Of a stretch of DNA of 35,676 bases, positions 15,997 to 24,801 are shown piece after piece; the stretch's first letter is position 1, and each line of letters opens with the position of its first letter. The notes under the pieces are model-generated. The model was not told the origin of the DNA, did not search any database, and worked only from the letters and a program-made list of their open reading frames with translations. The translations under genes were made by a program, and so were the position numbers. The stretch lies in assembly GCA_964629715.1 (NCBI GenBank), contig CAZVQY010000003.1, forward strand, positions 1 to 35,676, given 5' to 3'. The DNA is from an uncultured Candidatus Saccharibacteria bacterium. Its GTDB lineage: Bacteria > Patescibacteriota > Dojkabacteria > SC72.

Positions 15997-18900
15997 CTAA
16001 TTAGGTATATCCCAAACAATTTGATACTCTGTGTCTTTGTTCAAATCAAATCTTGTTGATAATTGATTGCTAATGGTATTTAATCCCTCTGCCTTTCTTA
16101 AGCTCCATGAGGATGGGTATGATATATCAAGTTTGTATGCATGCTTCCTTTCTCCTGCCTGTTTATATACATTAAGATCTAAGAACATAGCTGATTCTTG
16201 TTCGAGGATTGGAAAATTGCTCCCAACTTTTTCCCTCTCTAGCCTATATGAAATCTCTAACGTGGAAATACCTTTGACGGGGATATTAAACCAACCCCCA
16301 ATAACTTTATAGCCACTCTCTTTGTATGTGTCATATTTATTCTCTTTCATCCCAACAATCCTAAGGATTTCAGCTTCAGCAGGTATATAGATTCTCTGAT
16401 AGTTTGTGTAATCCCCTTGGGGATATGTGTTTGAGGATGATGTATTCTCAACAGTGAGAGTATATGCAAAATCAACAGTATTTTGATCTTTCACATTAAC
16501 AGAGAGTGAGTGGTTTTTGTTTAGATATTGATTTGCTTTGTTTCCTCCCCAGTTCCAGTCAACAACTATTGGTGCGTCATTATATTTGTAATCTAGGCTT
16601 CCAGCCCAGTTTCGAGAATTAAAGAAATTCTGAGCTTCTGAATTTCGCATCGAAATTTGAAGATGTTTTTCGTTGAGTGAGCTAGTTAATACCTCTCCCA
16701 TCTCGATTATTTGATTGATATCCATTGAGAGAAATTTCTTCACTATTTCATTTGCAAGGTTTGCTAGAAATGTTGTTTTCTGTGTTGAGCCAGGAATGAA
16801 TTCTCTGTGCATCTGATAGACTTTCTCTTGGATGTTATCAGCTGTTATGAGCTCGTCTTCTCCAGGGACTTCAATCCCTCCCCACATAGTTAGAAGTTTT
16901 TGAAAGAACGTAATATCAATCGTAATTATTCCATCAATGTCATTTCCTTTCTCAAGATCGTCAATAAATTGTTGTGAAACAGCACGTACCTCTTGTAGGT
17001 CAGGAGACCAGTTAACGAGTGAAAAAGTCCAATCCTTTATCCCTAGGGCACTTCCCATCGATGCTGGAGGTTTGTATTTTTTCCCTTGAACTCTGAGAGT
17101 TCCGTCTGCATTGTAAATGTCATCTACAAAAAGTTCTCTAATCTGTCCACCTTCAATTCCGACGATTCCATAACTTGTAATCCATCCGCCAGTACTTCTT
17201 ATCTCAGATTCGTTTTGGAGCAGGATTAGGTATCGTTGTCTCTCATCAACTCCGAGTACATCAGGGATGAATAGTGTTGTTTCCTTATATGTTCTTGTTG
17301 CTGTTTGGGCTGTTTGAGCTAATTCCTTTATCTCTATAACACTTCTTCTCAAAAAGGAAGGGAAGGAATTTGTTTCAACTGTTTTTAGCATTTCTGAAGC
17401 TAATGAGATTTTGTATTCTGCATCTTCCAGCTTATACTTGTTTTCATCAATCATTGTTAAGTATTCTCTATATTCCCTTGATGTTGAAGCAGTTGTGTCT
17501 TGAAGACTTATTGCAGGCTTGAAATCCTTCACATACATAGCCAATGGGTATGTTGCCTCGATGAGTTGTCCAGCACCACTTGCTATATCTCCACCCGCAA
17601 CAAAGAGTTTTGATACGTTGTTATAGACTCTTTCATTTTTTGTCAATTTGAATAGCCAGAAAAGGTTATCGAAGCTATTGCTTGCTCTGCCAAGACTCTG
17701 CCTTACAGTCTCTATATCCCTATTGTTTTTATCTGGCTGGGCGCTAAGGAATGACCCAGAAATATTCTTTGTAGACCTGCTAGCAGCATATATCCCAATT
17801 GCTGTACCAATTATTGGGTAGATAAAAAAGTATGTAAGGAGTAGAAGTAGAAGGAAAGCTACAGACCATCTAACAATAATTTTTGGAGTAGGCTTCGCAG
17901 CACCCTTTTTGTTTTCCCTCTTCTCTTTCGCTTTCTTGAATGGTTGTTTGAGCTTCTCAAAAAATTCCCCAAGTTCTGTTTTTGTTTCTTTTGTAAGAGT
18001 TTTGCTAGGTTCTGCAATGGATTCTTTTGATATATCCCAAGATTTATTTACATTGTCATAATATGTCTGAATCTGATCAATAATACCTTTCTCAAGTGAA
18101 ATCTGTTGAGTCCAGCCATATTTACTAGCATGTGGAGCCGGAACATAAATATCCTTAATGATAAATTTGTCATCTGGATTGTCAATAAACTTGATGTTCT
18201 GGGCATCAGTGTTTAATTCAAGTAGCTTATATGCAACGGAAAGTGTGGTATAGTCATTTTTATTCGTAAGAGTAATGACTTCCCCCTTTGTATTATTTGC
18301 AAATGTAAGTTTGAGAATCCCATATGTTGCATCATCTTCGTGAATAAGATTATGAGTATCTAAACCTTCACCTTTAATGGTAATTTGTGCATTAGAAGTT
18401 GCATCTTTGAAGAGAGAATCTAACGTATCATCCTTTAGTCTTGTTTGTCCTTTCCCTATGAGTGTCCCAAGTCTAATGATTCTTGCATTAATGTTAGTTT
18501 TATCTTTGTATTCAGCAACCATTGTCTCGCAGTATTTTTGAAGTTCGATATCTGAGTATGGAGCAGGAACTGAGATTTTGCTTCCATCTGTTCTCTCTAC
18601 AAGCTCCTTGTTTAGTTTAAGAGAGGTCACTAAAGAGAATTTTGCATCATTCTTTTTTGTTTCTCCTAGGCATGTTTCCAGATATTTTGTCTCCGAAAGG
18701 AATTCCTTGCTTTCGAATTGACCTTGAGCTAGTTTGTCCTCAAGGAGATAGTATAGGTAGTCAAATCTTTTAATATTGCTAAACAAAGAGTTGAAACCTT
18801 TAAAATCGAAGAAATCGACGAGCTCCGATTTCTTTAGCTCAGAAATATATTTCCTTGTGGTATTGTCGAATTTGTCTATCAGAACAACATATCCTCCTTG

Positions 18901-19005
18901 CTCTACAAGTATTTTAGTAATGAGAGAACCAAGCCTGTTCCCACCATGTACTATTACAGTTATCGGTGTCTGACTTTTTACTTTATTAAACCTAAGGTTG
19001 TTCAT
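15997..19005 (-). CDS. Fusion protein: N-terminal Rossmann/SDR (epimerase-like) domain, TM segment, C-terminal DUF4012-type extracytoplasmic domain
   Basis: 1002 aa. N-terminus ITVIVHGGNRLGSLITKILVEQGGYVVLIDK is a GxxGxxG-like beta-alpha-beta fold. TM at about aa 375-405 (VAFLLLLLLTYFFIYPIIGTAIGIYAA). YLILLQNESEIRSTGGWITSYGIVGIEGGQI matches, from memory, the hallmark DUF4012 motif (NxxExRxxGG..gsyg). AAGGA SD lies 8 nt upstream of the ATG. Confidence 0.8.
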   Translation of the reverse strand: MNNLRFNKVKSQTPITVIVHGGNRLGSLITKILVEQGGYVVLIDKFDNTTRKYISELKKSELVDFFDFKGFNSLFSNIKRFDYLYYLLEDKLAQGQFESKEFLSETKYLETCLGETKKNDAKFSLVTSLKLNKELVERTDGSKISVPAPYSDIELQKYCETMVAEYKDKTNINARIIRLGTLIGKGQTRLKDDTLDSLFKDATSNAQITIKGEGLDTHNLIHEDDATYGILKLTFANNTKGEVITLTNKNDYTTLSVAYKLLELNTDAQNIKFIDNPDDKFIIKDIYVPAPHASKYGWTQQISLEKGIIDQIQTYYDNVNKSWDISKESIAEPSKTLTKETKTELGEFFEKLKQPFKKAKEKRENKKGAAKPTPKIIVRWSVAFLLLLLLTYFFIYPIIGTAIGIYAASRSTKNISGSFLSAQPDKNNRDIETVRQSLGRASNSFDNLFWLFKLTKNERVYNNVSKLFVAGGDIASGAGQLIEATYPLAMYVKDFKPAISLQDTTASTSREYREYLTMIDENKYKLEDAEYKISLASEMLKTVETNSFPSFLRRSVIEIKELAQTAQTATRTYKETTLFIPDVLGVDERQRYLILLQNESEIRSTGGWITSYGIVGIEGGQIRELFVDDIYNADGTLRVQGKKYKPPASMGSALGIKDWTFSLVNWSPDLQEVRAVSQQFIDDLEKGNDIDGIITIDITFFQKLLTMWGGIEVPGEDELITADNIQEKVYQMHREFIPGSTQKTTFLANLANEIVKKFLSMDINQIIEMGEVLTSSLNEKHLQISMRNSEAQNFFNSRNWAGSLDYKYNDAPIVVDWNWGGNKANQYLNKNHSLSVNVKDQNTVDFAYTLTVENTSSSNTYPQGDYTNYQRIYIPAEAEILRIVGMKENKYDTYKESGYKVIGGWFNIPVKGISTLEISYRLEREKVGSNFPILEQESAMFLDLNVYKQAGERKHAYKLDISYPSSWSLRKAEGLNTISNQLSTRFDLNKDTEYQIVWDIPN

Positions 19006-19007
19006 TA

Positions 19008-19652
19008 TTAAATTCCTTCTAAAGTATCGCTTCCTATGGGTATTGGAAATTGATAGATTTTTAAGTTAAGTTGATATCCCTCCCTGACAAACACTGGAAT
19101 CTGGATTTCTTGGTATCCTCCTGCTTCAACCTTTATCTGATACTCTCCATCATTCAGTTCTAGATTCGTTAGTGTTCCCCTTTTCATGAATTCACCATTT
19201 ACAGAAACTTTGGAATCTTGTGCATTTGTAGTCACGACTAAGTAGCCTTTCTTCTCTGAGGTTTTTGTCGGTGTGTAGTATAGAATTGTGCCATGGAGAA
19301 GGTCCTCTGGGCCAATCTCCATATCAATCCTTGCAGAGGTGTTTTTTGAGAGCTCAATATTAAAGGAATGCTTCTTGTAAAATGAGTTTTCAGGAGCAAT
19401 CTTCTCTATTTCGAGGAGGTAGTTGCCTTCTGGGAGATCAGCTGCGGTAACTGGTGTTTCGCCTTGATCTTCCCCATTAATCCATACTTTTGCTTTCCCT
19501 TTCTGGGTAATAATTTCGATTGTCGTGTTATTATAAAATCTATTTAGGAAGGGAAGTTTGCCAATTAGCTGCTTAGGAGGGAAGAAATATAGCAATACAG
19601 AGAGAACAAGAATCGAGGCAACAATCAATACGGCAGTTTTTAGTGCTTTCAT
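19008..19652 (-). CDS. PEGA domain-containing protein (membrane-anchored/secreted, two PEGA repeats)
   Basis: N-terminal hydrophobic anchor AVLIVASILVLSVLLYFF. Two PEGA-type repeats: VWINGEDQGETPVTAADLPEGNYLLEIEK and VSVNGEFMKRGTLTNLELNDGEYQIKVEAGGYQ. Confidence 0.8.
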   Translation of the reverse strand: MKALKTAVLIVASILVLSVLLYFFPPKQLIGKLPFLNRFYNNTTIEIITQKGKAKVWINGEDQGETPVTAADLPEGNYLLEIEKIAPENSFYKKHSFNIELSKNTSARIDMEIGPEDLLHGTILYYTPTKTSEKKGYLVVTTNAQDSKVSVNGEFMKRGTLTNLELNDGEYQIKVEAGGYQEIQIPVFVREGYQLNLKIYQFPIPIGSDTLEGI

Positions 19653-19658
19653 AGATTC

Positions 19659-19664
19659 ATTATA
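19659..19664 (-). promoter_or_regulatory. -10 hexamer TATAAT exactly 6 nt upstream of the PEGA gene ATG
   Basis: Minus strand reads ctcaaTATAATgaatctATG. No SD. Confidence 0.45.
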
Positions 19665-19691
19665 TTGAGAAGTTTCTGTTTTGTCTATGTT

Positions 19692-20900
19692 TTAATATGA
19701 GTATTTTGATTCTGGGGATTCTTCCTTTTCTTCTTTTTTCTGTCTTTTTGAAGCCTTGATATTTATCAGTACAATTATGCCAATTGAGAGTGAAATGACA
19801 AATACCAATGCAAAATATGTAAATGCACCAGTTGTTAATATTGCTAGCGATCCTAAAAGCAAAGTTATTGCCATCTCAACTAATACAATTTGCATTCTAT
19901 TTAGGCCGAGTCTGATTAATTGATGATGAAAATGGTCTGGTCCGTTAATTTTTAGTAGATCCTTAAAATTCTTTGGTTTGTATGTTATATATCTTTTGAT
20001 AATGACGTATGCAAAGTCAATAATTGGAAACACTAAAAGTATTATTGTGGTAGAGAGTTTTGCATCTGTGATAATGGAGAGAATACAGATTAAAAAGCCA
20101 TAGACAGTTTTTCCTGCGGAACCAGACATAATCTTTTGAGGGGGCAAGGCGAATATCAAGAAAACCATAAATCCTCCTGCAATTAGAATACTAATTGTAG
20201 CAGAGAATATTGACGAGAATCTTATTCCGATTATAAAAATGAGTAAGAAGATGATTAATGAATTACTTTCAATTATTCCTGGGGAACCAGCTGTCCATTT
20301 AAAGGCATTAATACAAATTACAATCCAGAGGATTAAAAAAATATCTCCTGGTAGAACAAGGGATTGTGATAATCCTAGTAGAGAGAAATTCCAGGTGAAT
20401 GCATCTAAGTTGATGTTGAAGATGGAAAGGTTTGTTAGGTTTATTATTGAAAATGCAATTATAGCACCTGCAAAAAGTTGGTATATGAACTGGGTTTTTG
20501 CTGGGAGGTTAAATATATCATCCATTGCAGATCCAACGATTAATATTAATAGTGCTACAAGGATTGGCAGTGTAAAGCTATCGACCCTAAAGAAAAGCAA
20601 GATAGCGATAAACGCTGGTATGGTTATGGCTAGACCCCCAAGTGCTGGAGTCGTCCCTTCATGTAAGGCCTTTTGCTGATTCTCGTGTTCTTTTCCTTTT
20701 CTCTTCACACCTGGTTTGTATGTAATATCATACTTAAGTGCAATTTGACCAATTATTGGAGCGAGAATTAAGGTGGCTATCAATCCAAGTATCAGAATAG
20801 GTAGAAAGCGAATATATTTTTCGAAAGTATCTCCTACAATTGAGAAATCAAAAAGATTTAGTAAATTTACTAATAGCTTTGTTGTAATAGAGGAATCCAT
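19692..20900 (-). CDS. Polyprenyl-phosphate N-acetylhexosamine-1-phosphate transferase family protein (MraY/WecA/TagO, GT4), with atypical active-site motifs
   Basis: About 10 TM segments. Family signatures are GTTPALGGLAI, VGSAMDDIFNLPAKTQF (DDxxK-type) and PDHFHHQLIRLGL (HHH-type). The expected NAxNxxDGxDGL reads INAFKWTAGSPGI (nt 20274-20309). The expected GDxGS reads SGSAGK (nt 20109-20126). Confidence 0.8.
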   Translation of the reverse strand: MDSSITTKLLVNLLNLFDFSIVGDTFEKYIRFLPILILGLIATLILAPIIGQIALKYDITYKPGVKRKGKEHENQQKALHEGTTPALGGLAITIPAFIAILLFFRVDSFTLPILVALLILIVGSAMDDIFNLPAKTQFIYQLFAGAIIAFSIINLTNLSIFNINLDAFTWNFSLLGLSQSLVLPGDIFLILWIVICINAFKWTAGSPGIIESNSLIIFLLIFIIGIRFSSIFSATISILIAGGFMVFLIFALPPQKIMSGSAGKTVYGFLICILSIITDAKLSTTIILLVFPIIDFAYVIIKRYITYKPKNFKDLLKINGPDHFHHQLIRLGLNRMQIVLVEMAITLLLGSLAILTTGAFTYFALVFVISLSIGIIVLINIKASKRQKKEEKEESPESKYSY

Positions 20901-21365
20901 CTAAATAGATACTATGTTAATTAATATAATTGTCAAGAATATTACAAAAATCAGGGTGCTAACAAGTAATAATTTGACCAAGTTCTTTTCCCTATTGTAA
21001 TTCCTTGATATCAAAACCATTGACAACAGAAGAATAGTCCCTGTAATTGCAGGTATCAGATATATGTATTTAGTTTCAATCAACTGCTTTGAAGGAGATG
21101 TGTAAAACTGGAGGATGGGTATATATTTTGGTAGTGTGTCAATCCTCTCTATACTCATATTTACCTGGTAATAAGTCAATAAACCTCCTATTACAATTAG
21201 AGCCCAGACAAGTTGGTCTTTAAGAAATTTTCTTACCTCCAGATATAGTACTGCAGTATCAAAATTCCTTTTGGCTTTATAGAACTTATTCTTAAACGGC
21301 TCCTTGATTTCCAGATCAAGTTGCTTAACTTCTTCTTTCTGTTCTAGTTTTTTATTTCTGCCCAT
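20901..21365 (-). CDS. Small integral membrane protein (154 aa, 3 TM), unknown function
   Basis: Charged N-terminus, then TM segments LVWALIVIGGLLTYY, YIYLIPAITGTILLLSMVLI and LLLVSTLIFVIFLTIILINIV. Its stop abuts the ATG of the PNPT-like gene (tagATG). Confidence 0.65.
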   Translation of the reverse strand: MGRNKKLEQKEEVKQLDLEIKEPFKNKFYKAKRNFDTAVLYLEVRKFLKDQLVWALIVIGGLLTYYQVNMSIERIDTLPKYIPILQFYTSPSKQLIETKYIYLIPAITGTILLLSMVLISRNYNREKNLVKLLLVSTLIFVIFLTIILINIVSI

Positions 21366-21371
21366 ATTTGG

Positions 21372-21380
21372 ATTATATCA
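21372..21380 (-). promoter_or_regulatory. Extended -10 (TGATATAAT) exactly 6 nt upstream of the ATG at 21365
   Basis: The whole 18-nt gap after the rsmA stop reads (minus strand) cttTGaTATAATccaaat followed by ATG. Confidence 0.55.
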
Positions 21381-21383
21381 AAG

Positions 21384-22157
21384 CTATGAAATGTTGGTAA
21401 AAAGAAAAATATAATCATCAAGCGAAAGGTGCTGAGGCCTTTTATCGAGAAAATTCTCAACTCTTTCGCTTACTCTAAATGAATATTTTGTTAGATTATT
21501 TGTTAATTTCTTCCGTGGCTGTTTGAAAGCATTTTCAATGAATTCGTTGAATTCTGTTATATCAAAACTAACAATATCTGATTCTGTTGGAGAGAATTGA
21601 GTGAATGCACTCGTTACTTTTGGCCTTGGATTGAATGATTCTGGCTTGATATCAAAGAGTTTCCTCACATCCGCATATATCTTAGTTCGTAGGGAAAGAA
21701 GATTATTATTCGGTTCCCTACCAGTATATTTCTCAGCAACCTCTTTTTGAATAATAAAATATGCACTATTTGTAAAATATTCAGATTCAACAATTTTTTT
21801 TATGATTCTTTTGCTTACATTGTATGGGAGAGACCCAAAAAACAGAATGGTATCTTTTCTATATTGTGCTAATTCTTTCAAATCCCACTCTAAAAAATCC
21901 TTGTTAATGACAACACTTCCCTTTATCTCATATGTAAGATTCTGAGCAAGGATTTCATCTTTCTCTACTAAGATTAGAGACCGAACCTGCTTGCTAAATA
22001 ATCTTGAGAAAGCACCATGACCTGGACCTATTTCGACTATGACCTCTGGGTTATCCTTCTCTACAATATCTACAATCTGTCTTGTAAGATTGTAGTTAAC
22101 GAAGAAGTTTTGCCCTAAAGATTTCTTTGGTTTTATCATAATTCTCTGAAATCCCAA
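21384..22157 (-). CDS. rsmA: 16S rRNA (adenine1518/1519-N6)-dimethyltransferase RsmA/KsgA
   Basis: KKSLGQNFFVNYNLTRQIVD, SAM motif VVEIGPGHGAFS, FGSLPYNVSKRIIKKI. An alternative start at ATG 22139 (MIKPKKSLGQNFF) would form an ATGA overlap with the upstream TGA stop and may be the true start. Confidence 0.9.
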   Translation of the reverse strand: MGFQRIMIKPKKSLGQNFFVNYNLTRQIVDIVEKDNPEVIVEIGPGHGAFSRLFSKQVRSLILVEKDEILAQNLTYEIKGSVVINKDFLEWDLKELAQYRKDTILFFGSLPYNVSKRIIKKIVESEYFTNSAYFIIQKEVAEKYTGREPNNNLLSLRTKIYADVRKLFDIKPESFNPRPKVTSAFTQFSPTESDIVSFDITEFNEFIENAFKQPRKKLTNNLTKYSFRVSERVENFLDKRPQHLSLDDYIFLFTNIS

Positions 22158-23068
22158 ACATTATTTTTCTTGTAATACTCCCTATTACATTTTTTACACC
22201 TAGCAATATCTTCCCCAAAAATCAGATCTCCTTTACACTCTGGGCAAGCAAGAATCTCTTCTAGATTTGTGTATTTTTCTTCTTTCATTTTTTTCTTTCT
22301 TAACTCTGTTTCAACAAAAATGCTTGGAGAGATATTTGTCCAAGAGAGTGTAAGTTGAGAAATTTTCTCGAGAAAAAGAAGAATTTGATCATTAAAAAGT
22401 TTTTTTAAAAAGGGGACCCTCAAGAAAGAACAGCCGATTTTCCTTTTTGTAATGAAACTGTTTTTTTCTAATAGCTCATTGATATTGCTCGGATGATAGT
22501 TTAGGAAAATTCCCTCAATATTCTCTCCAGTTCCTTCAGTAATACTCTTAGATGGTTGTTTGTATATATCTTTAGAAAAAATCTTGAAATTTCCTCTTAG
22601 AAGAGCTCTAACAATCGCCTTCAAATGTATCTTATTCGCAAACTCCTGTATATATGTAGAATCAGGTTTCATGATTCTTTTTAACTCGCGAAGATAGGCT
22701 TCTGGGTTCTCAATGTGGTGTAATACCCTAACCATTAACCCACAATCGAAGACGCTATCTTTTATTGGCATTTTATATGCATTTGCAGAAATCAATTGAA
22801 TATTAGGATATTTGTTTTTCAAAATATCGTAATTATTCATTAAAGTTTTTGCTGAGTAGTCAAGAATTACAGGATTCTTGTATTTATGATAATAAGTTGA
22901 GGTTAACCTGCCATAAGAACCCCCAATATCAATGAACCACTCTCCTGATTTTTTCTTGAGCAATTTATTTAATAAATGTTTTTCGGCTAAATCCTCATAT
23001 CTTCTCTTTGTCCAATATTGAGAATAGTCATAACTAAAAAGATCATAATCTGAAACATCGTTATTCAT
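22136..23068 (-). CDS. Class I SAM-dependent methyltransferase with C-terminal Trm112-like Zn-ribbon
   Basis: Motif I WFIDIGGSYGRL. Post-I acidic residue (ILDYS). VFDCGLMVRVLHHIENP. C-terminal CPECKGDL...(10 aa)...CKKCNREYYKKNNVWDF. Overlaps the dnaG stop by 8 nt. Confidence 0.85.
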   Translation of the reverse strand: MNNDVSDYDLFSYDYSQYWTKRRYEDLAEKHLLNKLLKKKSGEWFIDIGGSYGRLTSTYYHKYKNPVILDYSAKTLMNNYDILKNKYPNIQLISANAYKMPIKDSVFDCGLMVRVLHHIENPEAYLRELKRIMKPDSTYIQEFANKIHLKAIVRALLRGNFKIFSKDIYKQPSKSITEGTGENIEGIFLNYHPSNINELLEKNSFITKRKIGCSFLRVPFLKKLFNDQILLFLEKISQLTLSWTNISPSIFVETELRKKKMKEEKYTNLEEILACPECKGDLIFGEDIARCKKCNREYYKKNNVWDFREL

Positions 23069-24785
23069 TCTCTACCCTGTTCCTAAGTTTAGATATTTTT
23101 TTTAGTTCCTCTAACGCCTTCTGATATTGATCTTCATTCTCAAGCTCCTCGTTCATAGCAATTGTTGTACTCAGTTCCTTCTGTCTTGTTTTGTAATATT
23201 CTATCTTTATATTCTTGGTTGTAAATAGCAAGTCTTTTTCGATATCTTCTTCTTTCTCAGGGAGGTTTAGGGTATCAAAAATCATCTCATCCAAAATCTC
23301 TCTTATCTCATCGTCCTCTTCGCTCTCCTTGTACAATTTCTCCTTGTCTTGTGCTGTCTTAATCTTTTTTATTTTCCTATATACATCTCTAACTCTTTCT
23401 TCTGCAAGGAATCTTTCATCAATCAGGTAGTCCTTTTTTTTCTCTTCTGCAAGGAGGAGAAGTTGAAGATAGTGGAGGGTTAATGTTGCCTTCTTTTTGT
23501 CAAGGCTCTTCTTAGGTTTCTCTTCTCTTGGTTCGTTCTCCCCATTCTTTCTCATTAAACCGTACTCTAATCCAGTAATTTCTTTTAATTTCTTAGCATA
23601 CAAAGTTTTTGTATCTGTATCTTTTACTGAGTTGAGTAATGGGAATAGGGATTTTTTTACTTTGTTTAAATCCTCAAGCTTATTCAGATTCATTCCCTCA
23701 ATTGTGTGAGAAAGGATGTATGAGAAAGCCTCCTTCTTTTCTTTAATTAGGGTGTCAAACTTCTCAGGATTTTTTTGCAATAGCTCATCGATATCTTTAT
23801 ACGGGGAAGATACTGCTGCATATGGATTCATATTTAATTCGGAAGCTAAGACAAAACCCCTAATTAGGGCAGCTTGACCTGCAGAATCACTGTCAAAGAA
23901 GAAAAGGATATTCTTTGTAATATTAGTAAGAGTTTGAAGCTGATCTTTTGTCAGACTTGTACCAAGAGGAGCTACAATATTTTTCACACCATGCTGATAT
24001 GCAGAGATTACATCGGTAGAGCCCTCGCATATTATCGCTAAATCCTGCTTTCGCATCTCCTGTCGTGATTCATATTGACCGAAAAGGTTGTATGACTTGT
24101 GAAAGAGTGGGGTCTCTGGGGAATTCATATATTTCGGCCCATATTCATTCCCAGCATTTTGCCTTGCTGTGAAGCCAATTACGTCCCCTCTTCTTGATCT
24201 GATGGGGAACATTATTCGATCAAAAAACCTATCTTTAATTATCCCATTTTTCTCAATAAATAGGCCTGATTCCAATATTGCTTTTTTGCTAAAAGAACCA
24301 GAGTTATGGATTTTTTCTAATAACTTAGGATATTTTGGAGCATAGCCAAGTGCAAATTTCGTTATTGATTCATCAATTATTCCCCTTCCTTTAACATATT
24401 CCATTGCATTTGTGTCTCTAAGGAGGGAATTGTAGTAATATTTGGTAGCAATATGGTTAATATCTTTAATCTCTTTAAATTTCGTATTAACCTTCGCTTT
24501 CTTAAGTTCTATACCTGCAGCTTTAGCCAATCTTTCCAATGCTTCTAGGAAATCGATATTCTCTATCTCCTGAAGAAAGTTGAAGATATCACCAGACCTT
24601 CCACATCCGAAACATTTATATCTCTGAATATCTGGACTTACAATGAAGGATGGCGTTTTTTCCTTATGAAATGGGCATAGGCCAATATAGTTTTTTCCTG
24701 TCTGTCTGAGTCTTACATATTTCTCGATTAAGGGGACAATGTCGACTCTCTCTTTTACATCGCTAATTTGATTCGATTCATCCAT
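23061..24785 (-). CDS. dnaG: DNA primase DnaG
   Basis: Zn-finger CPFHKEKTPSFIVSPDIQRYKCFGCGRSGDIFNFL. RNA polymerase core KYMNSPETPLFHKSYNLFG. TOPRIM ICEGSTDVISAYQHGV...FFFDSDSAGQAA. Confidence 0.93.
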   Translation of the reverse strand: MDESNQISDVKERVDIVPLIEKYVRLRQTGKNYIGLCPFHKEKTPSFIVSPDIQRYKCFGCGRSGDIFNFLQEIENIDFLEALERLAKAAGIELKKAKVNTKFKEIKDINHIATKYYYNSLLRDTNAMEYVKGRGIIDESITKFALGYAPKYPKLLEKIHNSGSFSKKAILESGLFIEKNGIIKDRFFDRIMFPIRSRRGDVIGFTARQNAGNEYGPKYMNSPETPLFHKSYNLFGQYESRQEMRKQDLAIICEGSTDVISAYQHGVKNIVAPLGTSLTKDQLQTLTNITKNILFFFDSDSAGQAALIRGFVLASELNMNPYAAVSSPYKDIDELLQKNPEKFDTLIKEKKEAFSYILSHTIEGMNLNKLEDLNKVKKSLFPLLNSVKDTDTKTLYAKKLKEITGLEYGLMRKNGENEPREEKPKKSLDKKKATLTLHYLQLLLLAEEKKKDYLIDERFLAEERVRDVYRKIKKIKTAQDKEKLYKESEEDDEIREILDEMIFDTLNLPEKEEDIEKDLLFTTKNIKIEYYKTRQKELSTTIAMNEELENEDQYQKALEELKKISKLRNRVENE

Positions 24786-24791
24786 CGTGTA

Positions 24792-24800
24792 ATTATACCA
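24792..24800 (-). promoter_or_regulatory. Extended -10 (TGGTATAAT) exactly 6 nt upstream of the dnaG ATG; leaderless-type promoter
   Basis: The complete 16-nt gap between the rodZ-like stop and the dnaG ATG reads (minus strand) gTGgTATAATtacacg followed by ATG. Confidence 0.6.
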
Positions 24801-24801
24801 C

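Noticed and set aside
20239-20679. 146-aa plus-strand ORF inside the PNPT-like gene
   Set aside because: It lies opposite a 10-TM protein with family motifs. The hydrophobic-gene complement naturally yields long open antisense frames.
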